64,000 bases of DNA. It comes from Rubripirellula sp. (GTDB lineage: Bacteria; Planctomycetota; Planctomycetia; Pirellulales; Pirellulaceae). Positions 47,758 to 57,776 of this stretch are shown in pieces. The stretch is from the NCBI GenBank assembly GCA_965216875.1, contig OZ244207.1, positions 32,001-96,000 of the forward strand, written 5' to 3'. The notes below the pieces were generated by a model. The model searched no databases. It saw nothing but the letters and a program-made list of their open reading frames with translations, and was not told where the DNA came from. The stretch's first letter is position 1. Each line of letters begins with the position of its first letter. Position numbers and translations under genes: made by a program.

Positions 47758-48651
47758 GTGATCCGTTCTGTGTTGTTTGCGATTCCATTCGCATTTATTT
47801 CGGCATCAACCTTGTTTGCCGGCCAACCCGTCATTGAACTCTGGCCCTCCGGGCTGCCTGCCGACGCAATCGAAATAGGTCCCGAGCGTGTCAATCAACT
47901 CAAAGCCGAGCGAACGGCCGAGAGAATCAAATTCGTCGACCAGCCCACGCTGACTGTGTTTCAACCCGACACAGAAAAGTCGAATGGGTGCGCCGTCGTG
48001 ATTTGCCCCGGTGGCGGCTACAACATTTTGGCTTGGCCCAAGGAAGGAACAGAAGTCGCCGAGTGGTTTAATTCAATCGGCGTCACGGCGTTTGTTTTGC
48101 AGTACCGTGTGCCCCGACGAGATCCGGATCGAATCCACTGGGAACCGATGCAAGATGTCCAACGAGCGATTCGTGTCGTGCGTCACCAGGCAAAGGACTG
48201 GAACATTGATCCGCAGCGAATTGGGACGCTTGGTTTTTCGGCTGGCGGTCATCTCACGGTGATGTCGGGCGTTCAGTACGAAACGAAAAGTTATGCTCCG
48301 TTCGACGAGGCGGACAACGTCAGCTGTCGCCCTGATTTCATTTGTCCGATTTACGCGGCCTATCTTGCCGATGGTTATCGCGATGACGTTGTCGAGCTTG
48401 GCGCACTGGTTACGGTCGACAAGAAAACACCGCCCGCGTTCCTCGCGGTGACGTGGGACGACAAGATGCGTGGCGCACAAAGTGCTTTATTGTTCGCCAA
48501 GCTAAAGGAACAGGGTGTGAAGGCCGAACTTCATGCGTTTACCCGTGGCGGTCATGGTTACGGGATTCGTAAGTCGGATCATGCTGTTTCAACGTGGCAT
48601 CATCAGTTGGCCGCTTGGCTTGACGCAATGGGTTTCCTCGAAAGGAAGTAG
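47758..48651 (+). CDS. Secreted alpha/beta hydrolase (acetylxylan esterase-like)
   Basis: ICPGGGY, GFSAGG nucleophile motif, GGHGYG. Confidence 0.9.
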   Translation: MIRSVLFAIPFAFISASTLFAGQPVIELWPSGLPADAIEIGPERVNQLKAERTAERIKFVDQPTLTVFQPDTEKSNGCAVVICPGGGYNILAWPKEGTEVAEWFNSIGVTAFVLQYRVPRRDPDRIHWEPMQDVQRAIRVVRHQAKDWNIDPQRIGTLGFSAGGHLTVMSGVQYETKSYAPFDEADNVSCRPDFICPIYAAYLADGYRDDVVELGALVTVDKKTPPAFLAVTWDDKMRGAQSALLFAKLKEQGVKAELHAFTRGGHGYGIRKSDHAVSTWHHQLAAWLDAMGFLERK

Positions 48652-48658
48652 TGCAGCA

Positions 48659-50008
48659 ATGTTTTCATTCATTCTTGGTGTCGCTGTCGTCGTCGCGAGC
48701 GTGACCGGCGATTCAGCTCAACGCAATGATTCGGACTATGCCATAGTCGTCTCGGCCGCGACCGCCGCGGATCCAGGTTGGCAGAAGGTGGTCCAGCAAC
48801 TCGAAACGAAACACTCCGGCACGGTCATCACATTTGATTCTCGCGTCGATGAAGAAAAGGTGATCTCTGCGCTACGAACGCAGTTTCCGAAATACACTTG
48901 TTTCGTCGCCAGGCCGAGTGAGGCGGGGCGCAAGTTCGTCGCTTCGGTGCATCAACTGACCCGCACGCTCGACGACGATCCTTACACCGACACGCGTTGG
49001 GCCATCTTGACCGGGTTCGACGCGAGCAATGCGTTGCAGATTGCGAAGCAAAGCGATCCGCTAGTCATCAAAAAAGTGGCCTCGGGGACGGAGTTTGCTA
49101 CCGAAATGGTGCAGGAGGGCATCTGGTATTGCGAACTAAACCAGAATCACATGGTCCGCAAGCAAGTCGGTGAGGTTGCCGAAGTGCTGTCCGGACCGGC
49201 CGACACGACGAAACCACTCGTCGACACGTTGAACGATTATCACGCGGATCTGTTCATCACCTCGGGGCACGCAACGGAGCGAAATTGGCAAATCGGTTTT
49301 CGCTACAAGAACGGGACGTTTCGCTCCAAAGCGGGGCTGCTGTACGGCAAAGACACGCAAGGAACTGAGTTTCCGGTGGTCTCGCCCAATCCCAAAGTCT
49401 ATTTGCCAATTGGAAATTGCCTGATGGGTCACATCGATGGCGGGGATGCGATGGCGCTTGCCTGGATGCACTCGGCAGGTGTTCACCAGATGATTGGCTA
49501 TACCGTTCCCACTTGGTTTGGTTACGGCGGGTGGGGATGTCTTGATTATTTCGTCGAACAACCGGGGCGCTACACCTTTGTCGAAGCCTTTCATGCGAAC
49601 CACCACGCGCTGGTGCACTGTCTTGAAACGAAAACCGGCAACCAACGTGGGCTCAGTTTCGATCGGGACGTGGTTGCCCTTTACGGAGACCCCGCCTGGT
49701 CGGCGACCATGGCCCCAATGCCGACTGCCTACGAACAATCGCTCAAGATCGACGGCGAGATGTACGAACTGACCATCAAAGGAAATCGCGGCGCGTCCTC
49801 CTTTGAACCAGTGAACACCAACGGCGCGCAGCGTGGCTGGCGCCCCGTCGTTCAGTTTTTGCCACATCGAGTTAAGAATGTGACAGTCATCGAGGACAGC
49901 GACCTTTCCGCCGTTGTGACGGACGATTTCGTCTTGGTGCCCAACCCTCGAAAGTACGAGCCGACCAAATCGTACGTCGTGAAATTCAAAGCCGAACGAA
50001 TTGATTAG
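48659..50008 (+). CDS. Secreted protein with probable gingipain/caspase-like (clan CD) fold
   Basis: Signal peptide; LFITSGHA, PIGNCLMG, MIGYT, LYGDP. Confidence 0.6.
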   Translation: MFSFILGVAVVVASVTGDSAQRNDSDYAIVVSAATAADPGWQKVVQQLETKHSGTVITFDSRVDEEKVISALRTQFPKYTCFVARPSEAGRKFVASVHQLTRTLDDDPYTDTRWAILTGFDASNALQIAKQSDPLVIKKVASGTEFATEMVQEGIWYCELNQNHMVRKQVGEVAEVLSGPADTTKPLVDTLNDYHADLFITSGHATERNWQIGFRYKNGTFRSKAGLLYGKDTQGTEFPVVSPNPKVYLPIGNCLMGHIDGGDAMALAWMHSAGVHQMIGYTVPTWFGYGGWGCLDYFVEQPGRYTFVEAFHANHHALVHCLETKTGNQRGLSFDRDVVALYGDPAWSATMAPMPTAYEQSLKIDGEMYELTIKGNRGASSFEPVNTNGAQRGWRPVVQFLPHRVKNVTVIEDSDLSAVVTDDFVLVPNPRKYEPTKSYVVKFKAERID

Positions 50009-50125
50009 AGCCAGCTGATTAAGATAGTGTGACGACTTCGCACGGCCAGCACGTCGCGAGGCCTGACATGCCGACGCCCGGAGCGGTGTCTTTTTTGAAA
50101 CCCCGCAGGTAGGCGGACCAAAGTT

Positions 50126-51076
50126 ATGGCGATTCAATTCACCTGTACCTCTTGCGGGAAGAAGATGCAGGCTCCCGATGGGGCCGCTGGCAAGCAGGCG
50201 ATCTGTCCGTCATGTGCGACCATGGTCACTGTGCCAAAGCCTGCTGGCGGCGCACCTGCGGGGACGGCGCCACCGGCCGGCGGCCAAGGGACACCCGCCG
50301 CGAAACCGGAGACCATTGACTTCAAGTGCGTCTCGTGCCAAACGAGTATTCGCACACCGGCGTCGGCTGCGGGCAAACAGGCAAAGTGCCCAAAGTGCGG
50401 CGCGGTGGTTGTCGTCCCGACAAAGTCACAAGCCAAATCGGCATCGCCACCGCCGCTGGGCCCAGCGCCGACGCCACCTCAGCCGACGCCACCACAACCG
50501 ACTCCTCCCGCACCAACGCCCCCAGCACAAAAACCGTCTTCGGTGTTTGACGAAATGGGAGCCTCGTCGACGTCTTCCTCAGGCGGCGATTTGTTCGCGG
50601 GTGTTCCCAGTACGCCGCCCGCGGCGCCGCGAACTCCGGCACCGGCGCCTTCCTATCGTCCGCCACCAGCGAATCCCTATGCGGCTCCCGCCCAACCAGC
50701 ACAGCGTAGTGTCCGGGACATCGACAGCATGCTTCGAACTCCGGCAATGATTTTGTCGGTGCTCGCCGGAATCCACTTGGTGCTGAACATCATTGGGGGC
50801 GTGCTGCAGACGATCCTGTTAGTCTCTGCCAACGGGGACCCGGTCGAGATCATATCGAGGATTGTTGGGAGCGTGATTGGGATTTGCGTTCACGGGGTGA
50901 TCATTTCCGGCTGCAGTTCGATGATGCAGCGCAGGAACATCGGTATGGCTTGGGCCGCGATGATCCTCGGCGTCATCCCTTGTTTCTGCTCCCCTTGCCT
51001 CATCTTGGGCATCCCGTTTGGGATCTGGGGCATGGTGGTCCTCAGCAAACCGGAAGTCAGCAGCTCGTTCCGTTAG
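50126..51076 (+). CDS. Double zinc-ribbon, Pro-rich membrane protein
   Basis: Two CxxC...AGK...CPxC repeats, Pro-rich linker, NPYAAP, C-terminal TMs. Confidence 0.85.
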   Translation: MAIQFTCTSCGKKMQAPDGAAGKQAICPSCATMVTVPKPAGGAPAGTAPPAGGQGTPAAKPETIDFKCVSCQTSIRTPASAAGKQAKCPKCGAVVVVPTKSQAKSASPPPLGPAPTPPQPTPPQPTPPAPTPPAQKPSSVFDEMGASSTSSSGGDLFAGVPSTPPAAPRTPAPAPSYRPPPANPYAAPAQPAQRSVRDIDSMLRTPAMILSVLAGIHLVLNIIGGVLQTILLVSANGDPVEIISRIVGSVIGICVHGVIISGCSSMMQRRNIGMAWAAMILGVIPCFCSPCLILGIPFGIWGMVVLSKPEVSSSFR

Positions 51077-51093
51077 AGTGATTGGCGCGCAAA

Positions 51094-51263
51094 GTAGGGT
51101 GCCGTGCTTGCACGCACCTTGCAGAGCTCTCAAGTCTGGGAACGCTGATCCTTGGAATCGAACACTAATGAATGTGCCCCTGCTCGGCCTGATCCGTGTT
51201 CGATGAGTGTTGATTCGTGGTTTGTTTCCCCGAGAGGCCAGCTGGTCTGCCGGCATCACGACA
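51094..51263 (-). repeat. Family A REP half plus inverted third copy of the ~135-bp repeat
   Basis: GTAGGGTGCCGTGCTTGCACGCACC at 51094; 51122-51263 is the reverse complement of 15454-15595. Confidence 0.85.
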
Positions 51264-51352
51264 AAAAGAGAACACGATCACATGGACAGCACCGAGACCA
51301 ACGATCGCGGTTGCACGCTTCCCGATCACTCATGCTGTTGCAAACAAACACG

Positions 51353-52081
51353 CTACCTGGATTGCGGTGTGAGCGTGTCTTCCCACTCAAGACCGCCGGG
51401 CAATGCGTGGGCGGCAAATTCGAGATGGATCACGCGCCGATTCGATGGAGCGGATGCGGCGCTCGATGCGTGCAGTAGTAACGGCCGCATGACCACGACC
51501 CCGCCCGCATCGGTCAAGCAGGTCACTTCGTTGACGCGTTCTTTCCATTGGTCCATCTCATCGTCGAGCCAGCCGTGACAATGTGATCCGGGCAGGACAC
51601 GCAGCGGTCCGTTTTCGGCTCCACAATCATCAAGGTGAATGCGAATCGCCAACATCTCGGCCATCACTTCGGCTGGCGGTTGAACCTGCATCACGCCCGC
51701 CTTTTCGCTCCACGCTTCGAACCCATCGACGTCGATCCGACGCTTGACCGCGATGACACTGTCTTGGTGGTAGCCAAGCTTCCAATTCGCATCGGGCGGC
51801 TTATCAAAAAAGACTCCACGAACCGCCATCGTCGTTGGTCCCAGCACTGATTGGGCGATCGAAAAGATGCGATCATCGAGCGCGATCTGCCGAGCCTCGG
51901 GGAGCACAGCGAGCAAGTTGCGGATGCCGTAGACACCGCGTTTGCGCCGCACAGCGTCACTTTCCGGCATCTTGGTCACCGCTTCGCGCAAGTTCATGAC
52001 CGCGTCTCGGTCGATCACCGAGTCAACGATGGCAAATCCATTATTCTCGACTTGTGCGACGACGTCGGTTGCAACAGTCAA
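51353..52081 (-). CDS. Phytanoyl-CoA dioxygenase family (Fe/2OG) protein
   Basis: YHQD, IHLDD, NGPLRVLPGSH, LLHAS. Confidence 0.9.
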   Translation of the reverse strand: MTVATDVVAQVENNGFAIVDSVIDRDAVMNLREAVTKMPESDAVRRKRGVYGIRNLLAVLPEARQIALDDRIFSIAQSVLGPTTMAVRGVFFDKPPDANWKLGYHQDSVIAVKRRIDVDGFEAWSEKAGVMQVQPPAEVMAEMLAIRIHLDDCGAENGPLRVLPGSHCHGWLDDEMDQWKERVNEVTCLTDAGGVVVMRPLLLHASSAASAPSNRRVIHLEFAAHALPGGLEWEDTLTPQSR

Positions 52082-52130
52082 TCGAATCTCCAGCGGGTTG
52101 TTGGGAAGAGAACGTTCGCGCTGCCCAGCA

Positions 52131-53456
52131 CTAGAGCTCGACTTCCCAACCCTTGCGGTACGTTTCGCGAATCAGGTTTTGAGCGTTTTTGTTGTTGCCG
52201 GTCGAAAGGTCTTTCGAGTTCCAATCAAACCCACCGGCTCGATAGGCAACGTTGCCCAGCAACACGGTTTCGGCAAGCGGCCCTGAGTAATCAAAGTTGC
52301 AGGTTGCCGGCTGGCCGCCCTTGCAAGCCGCGATCCATTCTTTGTGGAATCCGGGCGAGTCGGGGATGAAGGGATCGGGTGTCTTGAAATCGACGAACTG
52401 ATCTTCGGGCAAGAGTTGCTTACGATCAAATCCGCAAAGCAACATGCCTTTGTCGCCAACAAACAACGTGTTGTTTCCTTTCGCGGAAAGCCCGTGCTTT
52501 TTCAAAATGGGCGGAGTGCCGTGCGACCAATGCAGGTCGATCGGCTTGCTTCCGCCCGAGGCTGGGAATCGATAGGTCACCTGCATCGACCTGGGTGTGC
52601 GCTCGGCATCGACATCCGGTCCCGTCGCATCAACGCGGTTGGGATAACGCAAGCCGAGGGCCCAAAACGGAATGTCCAAAATGTGACAGCCCCAGTTGCC
52701 TGTTTCACCAGTTCCGAAATCCCACCAGAAACGCCAACCGTAGGGACAAAAACTGTTGTGATAGGGACGGAACTTGGCGGGGCCAAGCCAGGTGTCATAG
52801 TCCAGTGTCGGTGGAACCGGTGGCGTGTCTTTGGGGACAGCCGGCATCCCTCGGTTACCGCCAACCCAGCAGTGGACCTCGTGAACTTGGCCGATCGAGC
52901 CCGATTGAATGAGTTCGACGACACGGTGCATGTTCAACATCGCGTGACGCTGGGCGCCAAGTTGGGTGGCGAGATTGTTCTTGCGCGCCAGGTCGGTCAA
53001 GACGCGCGTTTCCCAAACATTGTGGGCAAGCGGTTTTTCAAGGTACACATGCAATCCAAGCTGCATGGCTGCCAGTGCAGGATGGAAGTGAGTGTGATCG
53101 GGCGTGCTGATGACGATCGCATCGATGCTGTTTCCGACGGCATCGAGCATCTTGCGATAGTCTTTGAACCGCTTGGTCGACGCATGGTCTTTGTACGCCT
53201 TGCTCGCGCGACTGTCATCGACATCCGCAAAGGCAACCAAGTTCTGAGACTTCACTCCGCCGACATTGGCGGATCCGCGGCCACCGACACCCACACAGGC
53301 AATGTTGAGTTTCTCGTTGGGGCTTTCATCACCGAATAACGGTCGAGCGACCGCACCGTGACACATGGCCGCCGAGATGGATGCGGTTTTGATCGCAGTC
53401 CGCCGAGAGATGCGGGGCGAATCCTTGACGGGTGACGACTGAGGCGATGCATTCAT
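52131..53456 (-). CDS. TAT-exported Gfo/Idh/MocA oxidoreductase
   Basis: SRRTAIK twin-arginine motif; GVGGRG, TPDHTH, YLEKP, WGCHILD. Confidence 0.93.
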   Translation of the reverse strand: MNASPQSSPVKDSPRISRRTAIKTASISAAMCHGAVARPLFGDESPNEKLNIACVGVGGRGSANVGGVKSQNLVAFADVDDSRASKAYKDHASTKRFKDYRKMLDAVGNSIDAIVISTPDHTHFHPALAAMQLGLHVYLEKPLAHNVWETRVLTDLARKNNLATQLGAQRHAMLNMHRVVELIQSGSIGQVHEVHCWVGGNRGMPAVPKDTPPVPPTLDYDTWLGPAKFRPYHNSFCPYGWRFWWDFGTGETGNWGCHILDIPFWALGLRYPNRVDATGPDVDAERTPRSMQVTYRFPASGGSKPIDLHWSHGTPPILKKHGLSAKGNNTLFVGDKGMLLCGFDRKQLLPEDQFVDFKTPDPFIPDSPGFHKEWIAACKGGQPATCNFDYSGPLAETVLLGNVAYRAGGFDWNSKDLSTGNNKNAQNLIRETYRKGWEVEL

Positions 53457-53554
53457 GACGTGGTGGCTCGACAGTGGAAGGATTGGAGGGGGCGTTTCAT
53501 GACAAAGGAAAGCAGTCGGACAGTAGGCAGTTTACCAGCCCCCGAGGTGCCCCG

Positions 53555-53729
53555 CCCTCGTTACCCCGCTCCGCGTGGTATCGCACTTCCGGACGCTCCG
53601 CGTCCTCTTCGTAGGTCATGCTTCGCATGACGAGCGTTTTTATTGCGTGTATACGTGCGAGAGGCCCGACTGCCGGATCTGCGTCGCTGTCGCTCCTTGA
53701 TCCGGCCTACTAACTTGATCCGGCCTACG
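53555..53729. repeat. REP-like cluster
   Basis: Inverted copy of the 41077 element plus tandem CTTGATCCGGCCTAC. Confidence 0.75.
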
Positions 53730-53740
53730 GGCGCCGGGGC

Positions 53741-54589
53741 TCAAGCATCTGGGATCCAGAGGGAACCGCTCGCGCTGTTGGCGGCTGATTGCATTGCAGT
53801 CCTTCGGGCTTTGATTCGAACGTAAGGGGCAAGGTACCGCGCGCGATAGCCAAACGAGCCGGGCACGCTATCGGCTTTGGCATGCAGTGGTTCGGTCAGG
53901 TCTTCGATCGCGAACCCTGCACGACACATGCCACCAATGATTTCTTCCCAACGATGAACAAACTCGAGCGCGCCCTTTTCGCGCAGTCGTCGCCCGGTAT
54001 TTGAAACGTCTTGTCCGCCTGCGGGGTTGGCTTGCGGGATGGGTTGGTCGCGATAGTAGGTTTGCTCGAGATGGAATCCGCCTTGTGGGAGTGGGTCGAC
54101 CGAAGCCTGCAAGCTTGCGGGTTGTTTGTGTTGGCTGATGTAGAGCCCGCCGCCGCGTAACACGCGCGCGACTTCACGAAACACGGCCAAGATGTCGGGC
54201 ACATAGCAAGTGCTGACGGGGTGGACGACGATGTCAAATTCGCCCGGTTGCAACGTGGACAGGTTATCCATGGAGGCTTCATAAATGCGCAATGAGTAGC
54301 CACGTTGGGCGGCAGTTTGGCGATCAAGTTCGAGCATCGCACCGGAGATGTCGACGACCGTCACCACCGCGCCGGCTGCTGCATAGAGCGAGCTTTGACG
54401 GCCTCCGCCCGCCGCCAAGCACAGGACGTTTTTTCCAGCGATTGATTCGCCGAGCCAGCCAGCAGCGTCGACGGTTCGCAGCGGATTGGCCAATTCTTCG
54501 TCTTTTGCTGGCCGACAAAGGGGATCACCCGCAGCCGCCATCGCGTCATAAACACGGCGATTGGTTCGCAAGATTTCGTCGTGTTCCAT
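53741..54589 (-). CDS. Class I SAM-dependent methyltransferase
   Basis: VLCLAAGGG, VDIS, FDIV, RVLRGGG. Confidence 0.9.
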   Translation of the reverse strand: MEHDEILRTNRRVYDAMAAAGDPLCRPAKDEELANPLRTVDAAGWLGESIAGKNVLCLAAGGGRQSSLYAAAGAVVTVVDISGAMLELDRQTAAQRGYSLRIYEASMDNLSTLQPGEFDIVVHPVSTCYVPDILAVFREVARVLRGGGLYISQHKQPASLQASVDPLPQGGFHLEQTYYRDQPIPQANPAGGQDVSNTGRRLREKGALEFVHRWEEIIGGMCRAGFAIEDLTEPLHAKADSVPGSFGYRARYLAPYVRIKARRTAMQSAANSASGSLWIPDA

Positions 54590-54728
54590 GGCGATTTGGG
54601 GGTGAATTTTGCAGGGATGAAGTTCGAGATCGGCGGGTGATTGTGCCGAAAAACGAGGGAAATGGCCATTTTTCTGAGTTCGACGGTCCGATCAACACCT
54701 CGTTGCCGGGTCAATCTGAAAATCTTTG

Positions 54729-54758
54729 GGAACTTTGCTCCGAACCCCTGCATCTCAA
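54729..54758 (+). promoter_or_regulatory. Putative ECF-sigma promoter
   Basis: GGAACTT-N17-TCTCAA about 100 nt upstream of an anti-sigma-like gene. Confidence 0.4.
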
Positions 54759-54856
54759 CCTAGCCACGAAACAGGAGGTTTCTGGGGTATCATGCGACCC
54801 GCCTGCGGCGTCGCGCAACATCGGCCGGCTCGTCCGGCAACAACGGTATACGAACA

Positions 54857-56128
54857 ATGGCACTTCCACGAGAGATTCTTGATCAACTGCTCAGCGGGTA
54901 TCTGGACGATGCCCTCAGTGCAGATGAACGTGCGCGAGTTGAACGCATCCTTGAAACCGACGCCGAAGCGGCACGTGAACTTGAAGAGCTTCGCGAGATC
55001 CGAACGTCGCTGAAAGGTTTGGCAAAAGTCGATTCAGGCGTCAAGTTGCCCGAAGGGTTTGCTGACCGCGTTCTTGATGCTGCTGTCGCCACGGCGAAGA
55101 GCGAAGGTCTTGGCGAAGATCATCCGCTCGTCAAACTTGCGGAACAACCAAGCATGGCCACCTCATCGCGTGGGCATGGGACGATTCAGTGGCGTGCTGC
55201 AAGCGTGCTGGTCGCTTTAGCCGCTTCGATTGTCATCGCAGTCTTTGTGATGCTTCCAGATAATCCACCGGTTGTTCCCGGTGGTGGTGAGATCGCAGCC
55301 GTCGATCCTGACCAGGCTCCAGTCGAAGGCACCGATCCAGTCGCCGTCCCAGACGAAACGGCAATCGCTGTCGTTGAACAGCCAAAGATCGATCAAGATA
55401 GCGTTGCACAGAACAACGATCCTGTTGCTGAGAAAGACCCGATCGAAAACGTTGCGATGGTTGATCCGATGCCGACGGTTGGTCCCGAGGTTGATCCGGT
55501 GCCAGCTGTCGATCCAACGCAGACGGTTGATCCGGTTGCTCCCAAAGGAAATGAAAACAACGCCTTGGTCAGCAATGACCCGCGTGCTGCCAAGCAGGTC
55601 CTCGCCGTCTTGGCTCTTGATGTTCGGCGAACCGAAGCTGGCCGAAGCATCGACGCCATTGGCGAAGCGATGAAAGCGGCAAAGCTTGACGCGACGAGCG
55701 AAAAAGATGTCAGCGAGGAAATGGTCAAGATTGCGTTGAAGGCGAGCGATGCCGGCGAAACCGACGGTGTGAAGGTTTTGTTCTTGCAAGCTCCCGCCAA
55801 GCGACTCGACCTGTTCATCAATCGGTTGGTTTCCGACCAGCTCAATATTGAGTCGGCTCAATTCACAATCGTTGACAATGTCAATGTCGTGAACGCAGCA
55901 AACGCGTTCCTGAAGGTGGAGCCAACTCGCATCAAGTCGATCTCTTGGGAGTTGGCCAGCAACGACGGATTCGTCGGAGCGCTGGCTTCAGAAATCGGGC
56001 AGAGCACCTTTGCCCCGATCGACGCAACCTCGGCGGCAGTCGGGCTCTCATCGGCCGCAGCAGCCATGGGCGGCGCGGTCAGCGAAGGTGAAGACGAGCT
56101 GAGCGAGCTGTTTCTTTTGGTTCGCTAG
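54857..56128 (+). CDS. Transmembrane anti-sigma factor-like protein
   Basis: LLSGYLDDALSADERARVE anti-sigma N-terminus; single TM (ALAASIVIAV); acidic extracytoplasmic part. Confidence 0.8.
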   Translation: MALPREILDQLLSGYLDDALSADERARVERILETDAEAARELEELREIRTSLKGLAKVDSGVKLPEGFADRVLDAAVATAKSEGLGEDHPLVKLAEQPSMATSSRGHGTIQWRAASVLVALAASIVIAVFVMLPDNPPVVPGGGEIAAVDPDQAPVEGTDPVAVPDETAIAVVEQPKIDQDSVAQNNDPVAEKDPIENVAMVDPMPTVGPEVDPVPAVDPTQTVDPVAPKGNENNALVSNDPRAAKQVLAVLALDVRRTEAGRSIDAIGEAMKAAKLDATSEKDVSEEMVKIALKASDAGETDGVKVLFLQAPAKRLDLFINRLVSDQLNIESAQFTIVDNVNVVNAANAFLKVEPTRIKSISWELASNDGFVGALASEIGQSTFAPIDATSAAVGLSSAAAAMGGAVSEGEDELSELFLLVR

Positions 56129-56169
56129 CGTTTTTCGGTTCACACGCACTCAAATCTTCGAGTACCGAT

Positions 56170-56237
56170 ATCGTCGCCCTTTGCTCCGCAAACGTTGCGT
56201 TTGCGGACGCTACTTTCGCGGAGCGAAAGGCGACAAT
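56170..56237. repeat. REP-like hairpin
   Basis: GTCGCCCTTTGCTCCGCAAA...TTTCGCGGAGCGAAAGGCGAC. Confidence 0.65.
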
Positions 56238-56343
56238 CAAAAACACAGGCCTAGAATCGGCGATAGGGCTGACGGCTGGGACGATTTGGCTTGGCCCGTA
56301 TAATGAGGCTCTCTGCAAATTCAAATGCAACCCCAAGCCCATT

Positions 56344-57555
56344 ATGTCCGTCGAACTCAACACCGTTCCCGAAGCTGTCGAGGCGATTCGCCGCGGTGAA
56401 GTTGTCATCGTGATCGATGCGGAAGATCGCGAAAACGAAGGCGACTTTATCCTCTCTGCCGAAATGGCGACGCCCGAAAAGGTCAACTTCATCCTTTCTG
56501 GTCGCGGTCAACTTTGCGTTTCGATCCTGCCCGAGGCCTGCAAGCGGCTCGACCTTTCGCCCGTCGCTGCCCAGAACGACGCACCCCTGAAGACTGCGTT
56601 CTTGACGCCGATCGATACCAAGACGGCCAAGACGGGGATCACTGCTGCCGAGCGTAGTGAGACGATCCGAATGATGGCGTCACCAGGATGCAAAGCAGAT
56701 GACTTTGTTCGTCCAGGTCACGTCTATCCGCTGTTGGCCAAGCAAGGCGGCGTGCTTCGTCGCGCCGGGCATACCGAAGCCGCCGTTGACTTGCCGAGAA
56801 TGGCGGGACTCAAACCTGCCGGTGCGCTGTGTGAAGTGTTGGATGAAACGGGCGACCGTGCCTCGCGCGACACGCTCGCTAAGATTGCCAAAGAGAACGA
56901 CCTCAAAATCATCAGCATCGAACAGCTGATTGCTCATCGCCGCGTGAGTGAAAAGCTGATCAATCGCGCAGCCGAAGTGCCACTGCCGACGCACTATGGC
57001 GAATTCCGAATCATTGTCTATTCGGTCGACTACGAAGACCAAGAGCCGATCGCATTGGTCTACGGTGATCTTTCCGGGCCCGGCCCAGCGCCGCTTGTGC
57101 GCATGCACAGCAGTTGCTTTACCGGCGACTTGATTTCGTCACTGCGTTGCGATTGTGGCGATCAACTTCACATGGCCTTGGAAATGGTCAGTCACGAAGG
57201 TCGTGGCGCGCTGGTGTACCTGCCGCAAGAAGGTCGCGGCATCGGGCTTGCGCAGAAGATTCGCGCCTACGCGCTCCAGGACAAAGGACTCGACACGGTC
57301 GAGGCGAACCACGCACTCGGGTTCAAAGCCGACATGCGGGACTACGGGATTGGTCTGCAGATCTTGAAAGATCTCGGCTTGAACGAAGTCCGGTTGCTGA
57401 CGAACAACCCCAAGAAGACTGAAGCGTTCAATCTTCGCGGATTCGATCTTCGCGTCGTCGATCAAGTTCCGATCGTGCCGCCGGTCAATAAGCACAATCG
57501 CGGCTATCTGGAAACAAAGCGGGAAAAGATGGGGCATGACTTGCCCGAAATGTAG
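56344..57555 (+). CDS. ribBA: Bifunctional DHBP synthase / GTP cyclohydrolase II
   Basis: DRENEGD, RPGHVYPL, GHTEA, RMHSSCFTGD..S.RCDC, QEGRGIG, LLTNNP. Confidence 0.97.
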   Translation: MSVELNTVPEAVEAIRRGEVVIVIDAEDRENEGDFILSAEMATPEKVNFILSGRGQLCVSILPEACKRLDLSPVAAQNDAPLKTAFLTPIDTKTAKTGITAAERSETIRMMASPGCKADDFVRPGHVYPLLAKQGGVLRRAGHTEAAVDLPRMAGLKPAGALCEVLDETGDRASRDTLAKIAKENDLKIISIEQLIAHRRVSEKLINRAAEVPLPTHYGEFRIIVYSVDYEDQEPIALVYGDLSGPGPAPLVRMHSSCFTGDLISSLRCDCGDQLHMALEMVSHEGRGALVYLPQEGRGIGLAQKIRAYALQDKGLDTVEANHALGFKADMRDYGIGLQILKDLGLNEVRLLTNNPKKTEAFNLRGFDLRVVDQVPIVPPVNKHNRGYLETKREKMGHDLPEM

Positions 57556-57776
57556 GGCTGCCCGAGATCGATAGGATTTTGCGAGCCACCCGTGCGTGGG
57601 CCAAGCTTTCGCCCGAACTGATAGGCTCAGGCGTCCGCCTGAGGGCACCAACGCCCACCTGATGGCATCAGCGCAAAGCAGGGCGCAAAAACCGGCTACC
57701 TTCCCGATCTCGGCTCCGTCCGATAGGCTTCACGACCTGTCGTGAAGGCCCTTTCCCAACTTGCATTCGTCTCGTT

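Noticed and set aside
54792..55013. Alternative ORF after AGGAGG upstream of the anti-sigma gene
   Set aside because: Long RBS spacing, overlaps the anti-sigma gene out of frame, not protein-like
56130..56343. FMN riboswitch upstream of ribBA
   Set aside because: No RFN consensus seen; only a REP-like hairpin
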